Shown piece by piece: positions 11,041 through 22,530 of a DNA stretch of 64,000 nucleotides; within the stretch, counting starts at the first letter, position 1, and each line of letters opens with the position of its first letter. The translations under genes were made by a program, and so were the position numbers. The notes under the pieces are model-generated. The model was not told the origin of the DNA and ran no database searches. It was given only the letters and a program-made list of their open reading frames with translations. The DNA comes from Octopus bimaculoides (Eukaryota), in assembly GCF_001194135.2 (NCBI RefSeq), contig NC_068984.1:54520937-54584936 (forward strand). Reading direction: 5' to 3'.

Positions 11041-11947
11041 GAGGGCATTGAGTCGACAACGGTAGTGGACTTTAGTTCGTACCTGGATGGCTTGCCGCGG
11101 CTCTCGGCAGCTGACGCGAGTCTATGTGAAAGACCGATAACAACTGCTGAAATTTGGGAGGCGATGAGCGATTGCACAAGTGGCAGATCACCCTGTTTGG
11201 ATTGGTTTGCCCTTCGAATTCTATGTATTCATGCCAGATATGTTTGGCGACCTCTTGGCAGATGTCTACTGCAACTGGCAACAGATTGAGAGGATTACTA
11301 GTGCTGTTAATAGAGGTGTGGTGACACTGCTGAAGAAAGACGCCGACAATGGGGACGTACTAGAGAAATTTTTGGCCCATAACTCTGCTAAACACAGAGT
11401 TTAAGATTTTGGCCAAGGTGTTAGCGAAAAGGTTCGCGCTCGTCGCCGGTAGCCTTGTCGGAGAAGCGCAAACGTGCACAATCCAGAGCAGGTCTATTCC
11501 CGACAACCTCCACCTTATGCGATACATCATAGAGAGGGCCGAGACCACAGCTGGCTTTGGAGGTGCTCTGATCAATTTGGACCAATCAAAAGCATTCGAA
11601 AAGACCGACCATCGCTATTTGGAAGCCGTCCTGAAAGCAGGCAGTTTCGAACCCGTTTTCAGCGACTGGATCGCTGCAATGCGCAGCGGCACCTGTTCAG
11701 TGGTCAAAGTAAACGGCCACCTATCAGATTCGTTTGGCATCGCACGCTCGGTCCGTCAGAGCTGCCCGCTGTCGCCTCTTCTATACGTATTGGCATTCGA
11801 GCCACAATTGCAGAAGTTGGAACAGCTAAGGGGCATCCCACTCGACAAGGAAGGGCAGTGTCAGTATACGCGGCCGATGTCACCGTCATGGTGTCAGACG
11901 CCTCCGAAGTGGAGACGGTCGGCACCATCCTAAAGGAATATGAATCG

Positions 11948-11986
11948 TTCTATATTTACATTTGACGGATATTTGTCCTCATCTTG

Positions 11987-12066
<80 letters not shown>

Positions 12067-12215
12067 TCGAAAAATACCTTTGGAATGAGAACCTAGGTTC
12101 GAAATTTCCCCAAGACACCTGATGAAGGCTGTAGAGGGTATGTCAGCCGAAACGTTGTGTTAACAACAAACAAGATGAGGACAAATATCCGTCAACTGTA
12201 AATAGTGTAAATAAT
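11948..12215 (+). mobile_element. Small non-coding hammerhead-bearing element (PLE pseudo-LTR / retrozyme-like) with 12-bp TSD
   Basis: TSD gaatatgaatcg at 11936-11947 and 12216-12227. Inverted copy of its own 3' tail (11954-11989 versus 12168-12203), then (TTA)n(ATA)n, then the body 12064-12215. Confidence 0.88.
12114..12161 (+). ncRNA. Minimal type I hammerhead ribozyme
   Basis: gacac-CTGATGA-a-ggctg(tagagggtatgt)cagcc-GAAA-cgtt-gtgtt. Helix I gacac/gtgtt, helix II 5 bp, palindromic ACGT in place of helix III, predicted GUU cleavage triplet ending at 12156. Confidence 0.8.
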
Positions 12216-12712
12216 GAATATGAATCGGTTGCAGGGGCTAATATCAGCGCCGATAAATCGGTTGGTTTGCGGTTGGGCTCCTGGGGAGACAGGACGATGC
12301 CATAGAATGGTGAGGTGGTCAGTCTGTTGCCAGCATCCTCTGAGTGGCATATTAGGTATGCCGTGGCTCCTAATGCGCAGACACGCGCTTAGGTTACGCC
12401 ACCTGCAACGATTTCTGGAGCGTGTGTGGGCTCCGTTTGTGAGGCTCGTCTTTCCTCAGCTCGTCTCCTTGACGGAGCTGAAGTCCTGGGTGAAGAAAAG
12501 ACTGAGACTGGGCACCTGGCAACTAGAATGTCGTCAGGCGCTCACAACCATCTACCAATGGGATCGGTAGATGTTCTGCTTTAGAAATCTATAGAGGATT
12601 AGTGGCGGGGAAGTGCGATGACGTTCTCGGGGTGACTCTGGATGCCAACGAGAACGTGCTGGCTAGTCTGTTCCGTGTGTTTGCAATCTGAAGTTGGAAC
12701 TCATGAGCAAAA

Positions 12713-13045
12713 TCAATGTTTTAACCCGTTCCGGCTAGTCCCCTTGTTATAGGCGAAAAGAGCATCATCCCTCCCTATTTGGTCATTAAAATCACCTGCT
12801 ATAATAAGGAAGCTGTGGAAAGGGACACTTACCGTTACTCCTTTTAGACCGGAGTAGAAGTTGTCTGCAAGTTTCTCATCATTTGTGTTAGTTGGGCAGT
12901 AACACGCAATAAATGCGGTTTGAGGGTTACTACTCAGCTCGGCAACAATTATGCGGTCGGTTATTTTCTCAACAGAGAGCAAGTTCCCTGAGGCACTTGG
13001 AGACAGGAGAATACCAACACCACCTATAGTGGAACCCTGAGAGCC
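12713..13045 (-). mobile_element. RTE-like LINE apurinic endonuclease fragment
   Basis: GGVGILLS...DRIIVAEL...FIACYCPTN...FY..L...IIAGDFNDQIG motifs in ORF 12713..13072. Confidence 0.88.
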
Positions 13046-13522
13046 CGTCTGATAAGGGTATACCAGACACATGCATCATAACCATATGTGTGTGACATGG
13101 TGATCTCATATCAAGATAAACAGCGCATGACCTAGCAGGTGGGACCCAGTTAGAATTTTCTGCAGGTCGAATGGCCCATCCCGCTCAAAAGGTCCTTAAA
13201 TTAGGTTCGTTTAAGGATGACGAAGAAAACACCCATGTTTCTAGTGGTGAATGATTCAAACCCCAAAGTATTCCTCTCAACACATATCTATGGTACTCCC
13301 CCACTAAGTCTATTTGTGATCAGAGATGCACATATCATCAGCCACCAAGGGAAAGCTCAACTTGTTGAGGTGAAGCAACTAACAAGCAAGTTTGTGGTAT
13401 TGAGTAGAATATTTGCTGTAGCCCATTTTTTATATTAAGACAAAACATGTACATGATAACACTTCCAATCAGTTAAGATCAAAAGCCATGAAAGCCACTG
13501 CCTCGTACAGCATCAGGGCATT
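13046..13522. mobile_element. Dispersed ~550-bp repeat (family E), truncated copy, followed by (TTA)n to 13616
   Basis: Colinear with 45030-45580 (ctgataagggt...gatcagagatgcacatatc...gggcatttattatt). Confidence 0.85.
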
Positions 13523-13545
13523 TATTATTATTATAATTATTATTA

Positions 13546-13618
<73 letters not shown>

Positions 13619-13639
13619 CATACTCACAACAGATTAGAT

Positions 13640-13960
13640 TGTCGGAAAAGAAAGATTCCTAACAAATAACCTAGCTGTCTCTAATAACACTGTTTTCTGG
13701 AGCTGTACTAAACTGGGTTTTATGCCCATTTCCTCTATCCATCTGTTCAAATCTTAAGGGACAGTTCCTAATGCATCTATAACAAATGAGATTCATTTTA
13801 CCTGCACTTTCTATTGTCTCTATAATTCAATAGCTAGGTCCAGTAATTTGCTATTTTCACTATACCTCTCGTATTGATTTCCTCATCATTTGGGACTGTA
13901 GAGTCAATTACCTGACACTTTCTGTTCTCTTTATCTACTACTACTGAATTTTATATTTCT
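13640..13960 (-). mobile_element. Dong/R4-like LINE REL endonuclease 3' fragment
   Basis: Minus strand VVVDKENRKCQVIDSTVPND followed by a decayed C-terminus. The 3' end abuts the (TTA)n tract. Confidence 0.75.
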
Positions 13961-13999
13961 TACTTTCTAGTACTACATTATCAATATATATTATCATTA

Positions 14000-14390
14000 T
14001 CAGCGGCATTTCTTCCGGGTCTTTACGATCCGAGTTCAAATTCTGCCGAGGCCTTTTATCAGTTCGCATCGATAAGATAAAGTACCAGTCAAATATTGGG
14101 GTCGATGTCATTGACTAGCCCTCTCCTCTAAAATTGCTGGCCTCGTGACGGCATTTTGAAACAAATATCATGATAATTAATTAAGACCTCAAGCTGGCAG
14201 AATTGTTGGAACGTCGGAAAAAGTGCTTTGCTCATTTGTACCGGTTCTTTATATTATAAGGTCAAATTCTTCCGAGGTCAGTTTTGACTTTCATACCCAC
14301 ACCAGGATCGTCAATAAAATAGAATTCCATTCAAGTACTGGAATTGAAGGAATCGACTAAACCACTTACCACAAAATTGTTGCTCTTAGG
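14000..14390 (+). mobile_element. Two degenerate SINE family A copies
   Basis: Two successive cores (gagttcaaattctgccgagg...aaagtaccagtc; aagctggcagaattgttgg...gtcaaattcttccgaggtc). Confidence 0.75.
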
Positions 14391-15200
14391 GTGGTCAGTC
14401 TACTCAGAAATAGTCTGTGAGGAAATTATCCCTGAAAGATCGAGCAGAGGTGGAGAATGCATATAACGCCTCCCTAAGAATTCATCGCCTGACCGTTATG
14501 CCTTGTCCCAGTCGACGTTTGTTTAGATTGGAGAGTTTACTTTCCGATTCCTGTGGAAAAGACTCACTCCACTGGTCCATCTGTTGACAGCACTATCTAG
14601 AAGCTGGGCTTGGCATACAATGGTTGCTGAGGTGCAGACACGCGTTACGGCTGCGCCACTCATAGATTTTCCTGGACGGTGTGGTCAATATTTGTAAGAT
14701 GCGCCTTTCTGCAGCCCATCTCTTTAACGGAGTTGCAGTCCTGAGTCACCAAATGTCTTCTGGAACGTCGTCAGGCGCCTTCTGGAACGTCATCAGGCGC
14801 TTACTACCCTCTATCAGTCGGGCAAAGCAGTCGGCGGAAATTCTACGTAACCAATATATAGAAATCTAGTGGTGGGTAAGAGCGATGACGTTCACAAGGA
14901 AACACTGGGCGTCGACGAGGATAAATTACCTGGTCTGTTTTGGAGGACTTTTGGGTCCGGCACTACAATCGATAACTTTCAGAAGTCCCTGGCCTAGCAG
15001 TGCTAGAGCACTTCTGGTTTGAGATAAACTCTTCAGGCACGGATGCGCTCTCAGGCGAGAGTGTCCGAGATGCGCACAGAGTGGAGAAACCATACAATTC
15101 GCTTCCGTGTCAATGTACTAGCTGTTTCTCTTCTGTGAATTGAGGTGGTATGTTCTCTTCAAGTCTCGAGGACTTTCTAGAGACTTCTTGCACTGCCAAG
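14390..15200 (+). mobile_element. Tx1/L1-like LINE ORF2 C-terminal region, decayed
   Basis: KLSLKDRAEV; HRLTVMPCP..RL..LE; RHALRLRH (shared with 12380-12400); CPRCAQSGETI zinc-finger remnant. Confidence 0.75.
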
Positions 15201-15418
15201 TGATACTGTTTGAGATGTATTCTATTTTAATTTTTATATAATTTTTTCAACCACTTTTTATTATCTTTTGCTCACGGTAACCAGGGTAATAACAATTATT
15301 GACACAATATAAGCTTTTTTTTTTCATTGACCCTAGATTTTTGATTTCTCTTCCAACTCCTTTGTCGATGATTCTTCTATCCCCAGGCACTCGATATATG
15401 CAAACAAGTATAATTTTC

Positions 15419-15448
15419 TATTATTATTATTGTTGTTGTTGTTGTTGC

Positions 15449-15527
<79 letters not shown>

Positions 15528-15528
15528 T
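15419..15528. repeat. (TTA)n/(TTG)n compound microsatellite
   Basis: Direct inspection. Confidence 0.95.
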
Positions 15529-16110
15529 AAAGTAAGGTTCAACTTCCTTGCCCTTTAGTAAAATAGTAAAGAAAAAGCTGCAGAGTTTAGAGTGTTTATT
15601 CATTTTAATTATTGAAACCTAAGGAGCTTTTATGAAGGATTAGGTTTCCATAATAGCTTGATTAAGTTAGTGCTTTCGTAATTGCTGGCATTCTAGGCAA
15701 GCTAGGGAAAATGTGATGTGGTACAAAGGCCAGTTTCCTTTATTTGAGAACAGAAGTGAGAGAGAGACAAAACAAGAGGACAAGGAAAATCCTTTGAAGC
15801 ACAACAACATTTAGTTGTAAGTATAGGTTTAAGTATGCGGGATTAATGCAAATAATAATTAATATAAATAGTTTCATGTCCTTGGATGGAGGGAAATGCT
15901 GTGAGAACACTTGAGGTATGCACATAATTAGTTGAAGATCAGAGAAGATACACAAATGAAGATGGAAAATTCAAGAACTACAAAGTTAGCAACATGAAAG
16001 CGCCGGAAGGCATTTTAGCAGCCGCAGAAGATGCCACATCTCATAAGTATGGATCGATAGCAGGAGAAGGCTTACTATTGGATAATTGAATTTTTTAAAA
16101 CATAATTTAT

Positions 16111-16170
<60 letters not shown>

Positions 16171-16193
16171 GTGTCTGTCTGTCTCTTTGACTC

Positions 16194-16231
<38 letters not shown>
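16111..16231. repeat. (TATC)n and (TC)n microsatellites next to a gap
   Basis: Direct inspection. Confidence 0.95.
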
Positions 16232-16871
16232 NNNNNNNNNNNNNNNNNNNNNNNNNNNNNNNNNNNNNNNNNNNNNNNNNNNNNNNNNNNNNNNNNNNNN
16301 NNNNNNNNNNNNNNNNNNNNNNNNNNNNNNNNNNNNNNNNNNNNNNNNNNNNNNNNNNNNNNNNNNNNNNNNNNNNNNNNNNNNNNNNNNNNNNNNNNNN
16401 NNNNNNNNNNNNNNNNNNNNNNNNNNNNNNNNNNNNNNNNNNNNNNNNNNNNNNNNNNNNNNNNNNNNNNNNNNNNNNNNNNNNNNNNNNNNNNNNNNNN
16501 NNNNNNNNNNNNNNNNNNNNNNNNNNNNNNNNNNNNNNNNNNNNNNNNNNNNNNNNNNNNNNNNNNNNNNNNNNNNNNNNNNNNNNNNNNNNNNNNNNNN
16601 NNNNNNNNNNNNNNNNNNNNNNNNNNNNNNNNNNNNNNNNNNNNNNNNNNNNNNNNNNNNNNNNNNNNNNNNNNNNNNNNNNNNNNNNNNNNNNNNNNNN
16701 NNNNNNNNNNNNNNNNNNNNNNNNNNNNNNNNNNNNNNNNNNNNNNNNNNNNNNNNNNNNNNNNNNNNNNNNNNNNNNNNNNNNNNNNNNNNNNNNNNNN
16801 NNNNNNNNNNNNNNNNNNNNNNNNNNNNNNNNNNNNNNNNNNNNNNNNNNNNNNNNNNNNNNNNNNNNNNN
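16232..16871. other. Assembly gap (N run)
   Basis: 640 N flanked by (TC)n and (AG)n. Confidence 0.99.
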
Positions 16872-16909
<38 letters not shown>

Positions 16910-17022
16910 GGTTTGAGAGAGAATATTGCGAAGAATGAATGAAATAAACATGAAATGAAAAAGTCGTATAAATAAAAGCTCTTGTACGGAATGTTTAAAT
17001 TTGTGGACTTAGTAAATATTTC

Positions 17023-17493
17023 GAACCTTTTTAAAGAAGTGAATCATAAATATGAAGAGCCTAACATTTATCCGAGGTCAAATTATTCATGCATCACAAG
17101 TATGGAAGCATTTAGTGAAGTTGATTTCACTTGAAAAGCGAATACACAAAAATGCCAAAATAGAGAGTGAAGCTTTTTGCCGTTATAACGTCAATACCGG
17201 AAGTTGACATTGCATCACAAGTATGTAAGCATTTGGTACAAAAACGTCAAATTAGAGAGTGAAGCTTTTTGCCGTTGTTACGTCAATACCGGAAGTTGAC
17301 ATTGAGGAACCTTTTTAAAGAAGTGAATCATAAATATAAAGCAATATGCATTTTTGATTAAAAAAATCAGATGAAGCGCCTAACATTTATCCGAGGTCAA
17401 ATTATTCATGCATCACAAGTATGGAAGTATTTGGTGAAGTCGATTTCACGTGAAAAGCGAATACACAGATATCTCTATTTTATATATTAGAAG
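17023..17493. repeat. Internally duplicated A-B-B-A repeat; possible non-autonomous Helitron-type 5' portion on the minus strand
   Basis: A 17023-17148 matches 17307-17467 (with an ~40-bp insert). B (about 17160-17212) matches about 17252-17304. The minus strand begins tcttctaatatataaaa. Confidence 0.6.
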
Positions 17494-18694
17494 ATGGGTC
17501 GGCTGAGAAGTTCATAGGCAGACGAAGATAGTCTCATGGAATATGACCAAATAAGGTTTATTTTTCAACATAGTTACTCTTGCTGTCCATACACTTCTTC
17601 CATCGGTGTTGTAGTGCTTGGTTCCCATCGGTAAAGAGGATTTCATCCTGCTGGTTAAAAAGTCATTAACAGTAGTTATGATGTCATCATCAGTGTAGTA
17701 TTGGCTCTCGGCCAGGTGTTTTTTCATGGTGTGGAAGAGATTATTGTCTGATGGGGACAAATTAGGAGAATAAAGAGGGCGATCAATCAGTTCAGAGCCA
17801 CACAAGCACCCATTGAAATCAACGACCGTTGTCCTGATGAAACAAGACCCCTTTCATCAGTTTTCCTAGGCATTTGGTCTTGAGGAATTTTCGTAACTGC
17901 CTCAGCAAGTTGGCATAGTAGTCTCCTTTGATGCTGCGGCCCTTTGAAGATAGTCAATAAGCACAACGCCTTTTGCATCTTGGTTATCACCTTCTCTAAA
18001 GATGAGACGACCTTAGCCTTCTATGGAGTATGTGAGAAGAAGTGTCTCCATCGTATGGATTGTCTCTTTGTCTCTGGCTCAAAGTGATCGACCCAACACA
18101 CACCCTGAGTTAGCAAACGTTCAAAGAAACCGGCTGTATCTGTCTAAAGCAATGTCAGATTCTCCTGTGATGTAATCAGCCTGGTGCTCTTTTGATCAGG
18201 TGTCAGAAGACGTACTCACCGAGCAGAAACCTTCATCATGCCAAGTTCATTGTGCAAAATATTTTCAACTCTCTCACAGGATATCCTAATAGCATTGGCT
18301 ATTTGATTTATAGTCTATTTCCAGTCATCCATCACCATGTGGTGAACACGACTAATGTTTTTCTACGGTAGTGGCAATTGCTGAACATTCAGACCTTGGG
18401 TCATCTTCAAGACTCTCCTTTCTCCTCCTAAATTTAGCTGCCCACTTTTGTATTGTTGAAAAAGCTGGAGCATCATACCCTCATATAACAAAACCACGAT
18501 GCCAAATTTTGTTCATTTTCAAGAGAAGTCGCTCCTAGTTACTTTTGAAGTTTTCTTTTAAGAGTCAGATATCAATTGGAAAGAAACAATGCAGTTATCA
18601 ATAAGAAGATTTTGAAATTAATGTAAGCAAGATTTCACAGCTCTAGCATCACTCCTTCATAATCAGCTCATGAACTTTTCAGTCCACCCTCGCA
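17492..18694 (-). mobile_element. Mariner element, about 1.2 kb, decayed transposase
   Basis: Degenerate TIRs (gggtcggctgagaagttcatagg versus tcatgaacttttcagtccaccctcg). Minus-strand ESLEDDPRS and ELIDRPLYSPNLSPSDNNLFHTMKKHL (HPPYSPDLAPSD-like). Confidence 0.88.
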
Positions 18695-19404
18695 TGTGTC
18701 TGTGAGCATATGTGTGTGTGCATGTGTGTGTGTGTGTGTGTGTGTTATAAGCATTACTTATATATATATATATATATGTATATACATATGTGTGTGTGTA
18801 TAGGCATGTATGTAATGTTTATAACACACACACACACACACACACTCACGTACGCACACAAATAATTATCGTTTTATGCTTCTATGTGTGTCAGTGTAAA
18901 TGTATGTGTGAGAATGCAGCTTCCTTTTTTAAGCAAGTGGTGTTGAAATCACGATTATAGCTTATTATAGAAAATGTTTTCGAATTTGCAGGTTTTTATT
19001 TTTTATTGTACAACACAGAAAATGTATAAGATGTCTGTTTATAGTGTTCAACATTCTCACAACCTGAACATCATGTATTTGTCCTCTTATATTTCCACGA
19101 TTTGAATGAACATTATCCATTTATCTTATCCGATTTCACTGAATATCGTTCGTTGTACTTGTGCAATGGGGTAATATGTCATACAGGATATATATCTGTA
19201 GTAAAAACTTCAGATAAGACATCTATTGAGAAATGATTGCTATCTTTGAATTACTATAGCTTCCTTAATCGTTTTGCCTTACTGGTTTTATGAAGGATTT
19301 TGGTGTTACTTTTTAATTTTTTTTTCCTAAGAAGAGCATCTTTACGTATTTTAGCAAAGCACGTTGCAGATAGTAAGCCGGGTCACTATCTGCAGAGTTT
19401 AATA

Positions 19405-19614
19405 TACTGAGCTGGTAGAATCGTTAGCACGCCAGGAAAATTGCTTAGAGACTTTCCATCCGTCTTCCATCCTGAGTTCAAATTCCGCTGAGCTTGACTC
19501 TGCCTTTCATTATTTTGGGGTCAATAAAATAAGTATCAGTTGAGCACTGGGGTTGATGTAATCAACTTTCCCTACCACGGAAATTGCTGGCCTTGTACCA
19601 ACATTTGAAACTGA
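19405..19614 (+). mobile_element. SINE family A
   Basis: Full head, core and tail. Flanks tatctgcagagttt and tatctgcacagttt resemble a 14-bp TSD with one mismatch. Confidence 0.85.
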
Positions 19615-20010
19615 TATCTGCACAGTTTGCCATGCATAATATCAATCGGAAACACACAAACGCATACACATACACATACACACGTAGTGATGTATATTGG
19701 AGTTCGAATACTGTCTTCATGACAAACAACAATTGATGACATCGTTACATATAAACAGTCTTTCGATTTCTGTATTTCCAGCGAACACTTGTTTAACTTA
19801 AAAAAAAAAAACGAACAAAAACAGCTGTCTCCATGTATTTGGCAAACTGGGTTATGCTGTACAGTCAGTAACATGCTCATGATAAGTGCATTTCGTTTTT
19901 TAGCTCCCGAAATTTTGCATTTACAAATTGAAACCACAGTAGTACTCTCTAATTTTGGTTAGTCGATTTCATCGATCCCTTGTTTAACTGGTACTTATTT
20001 TAATGCATGT

Positions 20011-20255
20011 GCAGGCAATTCGTAGACAGGCAATTCGCCGACAGACAATTCCTACACGGCCTCAGACTCAACACGGAGGCCTACATCAAGTGCCCGGAGG
20101 AGGTTGTGCTGCCCTAGATCAAGAGGGTGGCTGCTGGAAATACCCTATGTCTGGCAACAGAACTCTGCACCATACCACACAATTGTCCTGTCTTTAAGTT
20201 ATCTATCGGCCAACTGTCTGTCGACGAATCGTCTGCCTGCCGCATGTTGTCCAAC
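20011..20255 (+). mobile_element. Tc1-type transposase fragment inside a MITE-like shell of inverted subterminal repeats
   Basis: HGLRLNTEAYIKCPEEVVLP*IKRVAAG and, after a frameshift, PYVWQQNSAPYHT (20055-20180). Flanked by ggcaattcgccgaca-type 15-mers on the left and their degenerate inverses on the right. Confidence 0.7.
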
Positions 20256-20565
20256 GTAGTAACGATTCTGCCAACATTAACAAGCATATAATATGCAATA
20301 ATGAAAGTATTATACTCGCTTTGTAATTTTAAATAATCATTCATTCACCAACTACACAATAAACTACATTACAATGTATTATATTGAGTCATTTATTTTA
20401 AAAAATGATTTGTACATACTTCGCGTTCGGTTAACACCGAGCAAATCTGCTAATATANNNNNNNNNNNNNNNNNNNNNNNNNNNNNNNNNNNNNNNNNNN
20501 NNNNNNNNNNNNNNNNNNNNNNNNNNNNNNNNNNNNNNNNNNNNNNNNNNNNNNNNATATATATA

Positions 20566-21831
20566 TTAGGTCGTCAAGTATGAAATTTGTAGAACAGAAA
20601 AACACGTTTGCTAATGTTTTATAAACACAAGGAATAGTTTTATTCATCAAAATATGCACCCATATTGTCAATACACTTTTGCCATTTTAGTGGTAGCTTG
20701 TCCGTCCCGGAACTGTAAAAGCCTGGCAATCTAGAATCAATAAAAGTCTGGAAGGCCTGTTTTACAGCATCGTCGAAATAAATTTTTTTTCCTGTCAAAA
20801 CGTTATCCAAATTCTGGAAGAAGTGGTAGTCAGTGGGGACAAGATCAGGTGAGTATGGTGGATGATAGAGAACTTCCAACTCCAACTCCTGTTGTTTCAC
20901 CAATGTCATTTTTGCGATGTTTGATCTGGCGTTGTCTTGCAATAAAATAGGAGTGGATCTGTTGACTAATCTAGGCTTTTTTTATGTTTCTGCATCATTT
21001 GGTACAGTTGGCTGCAGTATACTTCGGCCGTGATTAATGAACCATGTTTAAAGAAATCATAATGGATCACATCTGCACCACACCACCAAACACACACCAT
21101 CAGCTTCTTTTGATGAATTTTGCTTTTTGGACTGTGTTGTCGTGGCTCGTATTTGTTCAACCATTGTGCTGAACGTTTACTGTTGTTGTTTTGGATCCAT
21201 TTCTCATCTCATGTTACAATTCGATTCAAAAATGATTCATTTTTGTGACGAGAAAGTAGCATAATGCAGGCTTCCAAACGTTGCTGTTTCTGATTTTCAT
21301 TGAGTTCATGTGGAACCCACTTATCCAACTTTTTCACTTTACCGATTTGAACTAGGTGAGTCAATATTGTTTGCTTGCTAACACCAAACAACAACGATAA
21401 TCCACAGGCACTTTGAGAAGGATCTGACTCGGCGGTGGCTTTCAGTTCGTCATTATCCATCTTTGTTTCTGGTCGACTGCGTTGCTCATTTGTGAGGTCA
21501 AAGTTACCAGAACGAAAGTTTGCAAACCAATTTGATACTGTCTGCTGTGTAATAACATTAGAATGAAATACCCCATTAATATTCCAAGCTGTTTGTGATA
21601 CTGTTTCCAAGAAAGAACTCATATTTCAATACTGTACGAATTTCCGACATATCAATCTCTAAACAAAAATAGCAAAAAACGATTTATAAATACTTTATAA
21701 AGTGCAAAATGAGTTAGAATAAAGAAATAGGTGTGTCAGCTTTCTAACAGAAAATAAGGATTGTTAAAATATAATAATGGCGCAAAATGAGCGGCTATAC
21801 CTTACTACAAATTTCATACTTGATGACCTAA
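20566..21831 (-). mobile_element. Full-length mariner transposon (1266 bp)
   Basis: 27-bp TIRs ttaggtc(g/a)tcaagtatgaaatttgtag at 20566-20592 and 21805-21831 (one mismatch), with TA on both sides. Confidence 0.95.
20640..21650 (-). pseudogene. Mariner DD34D transposase pseudogene (Hsmar1/cecropia-like)
   Basis: MSEIRTVLKYEF..., WVPHEL, RIVT*DEKWI, KLMVCVWW, QDNAR-(34 aa)-D with HPPYSPDLVPTDYHFF. Contains frameshifts and a premature stop. Confidence 0.92.
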
Positions 21832-21845
21832 TACATGCATATATA

Positions 21846-22008
21846 GGACGGGCTTCTTTCAGTTTCCGTCTACTAAATTCACTCACAAGGCTTTGGTCAG
21901 CTCGAGGCTATAATAGAAGATACTTGCCTAAGGTGTCACGCAGTGAGACTGAGCTCGGAACCATGTAGTTGAGAAGCAAGTTTCTTACCATGCAGCCCCA
22001 CCTGCGGT
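21846..22008 (-). mobile_element. SINE family B, 5' half
   Basis: Reverse complement of the tRNA-like head plus caaggctttggtc...agaagatacttgcc block. Adjacent to the mariner TIR. Confidence 0.85.
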
Positions 22009-22498
22009 TATACCATACAGCCTATACCACACAAGCCTATATTTTCCTAATGACTGATATCTATTTTCTTCGAGATATTGAAGCAACTGGTATTCTTTAA
22101 TTTTTTAAATTACAAATTCCATTTTTAGCTGTTATATATTCTTTGAGTCTTAATCACTGATATGAACCATGTAGACAAAAAGTAGAACATCTTTTTGTTA
22201 ATACTGTACTTGTGAGAAGAATAGTGCTTAAAGGTTTCCAGATGGCCATTCACATATTCACTGGTTTACTAAACTAAATGATTTATAGTATTTAGTTTCG
22301 TTCTATATTGATACACCTCAGCCGTAAACTTTGGCTTTTATCTGTTTAAAAATCGATAAAGTGACATTGATATCCTGCCATGGTTTTATTTGATTGCACA
22401 TAACTTCCTACAAAATTTAGGCGTGTACATGTTCAGAAGAACTCAATATTTAAAATTGCATTTGAAACAATTATTCTTTATTTAAAAGTGAACGTTGA

Positions 22499-22530
<32 letters not shown>

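Larger units (their letters stand above)
11045..12700 (+). pseudogene. Tx1/L1-like LINE ORF2 reverse transcriptase, frameshifted and interrupted at 11948-12215
   Basis: CERPITTAEIWEAM..GRSPC(G)LD; ILAKVLAKR; LINLDQSKAFEK.DHRYL; SVRQSCPLSPLLYVLAFEP; YAAD (decayed YADD). After removing the insert the frame continues ILKEYES|VAGANISADKSVGLRLGSW. Confidence 0.92.

Noticed and set aside
15928-16089. 53-codon + frame (EDQRRYTNEDGKFKNYKVSNMKAPEG...)
   Set aside because: Short, weak splice sites, no recognisable homology.
16163-16951. Long ORFs of 170-300 aa here and at 50383-51332 and 58308-59112
   Set aside because: They are open only because they cross N-runs and microsatellites.
22500-22529. 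30-nt poly(A) as a retrocopy tail
   Set aside because: No upstream ORF, element body or TSD could be identified.
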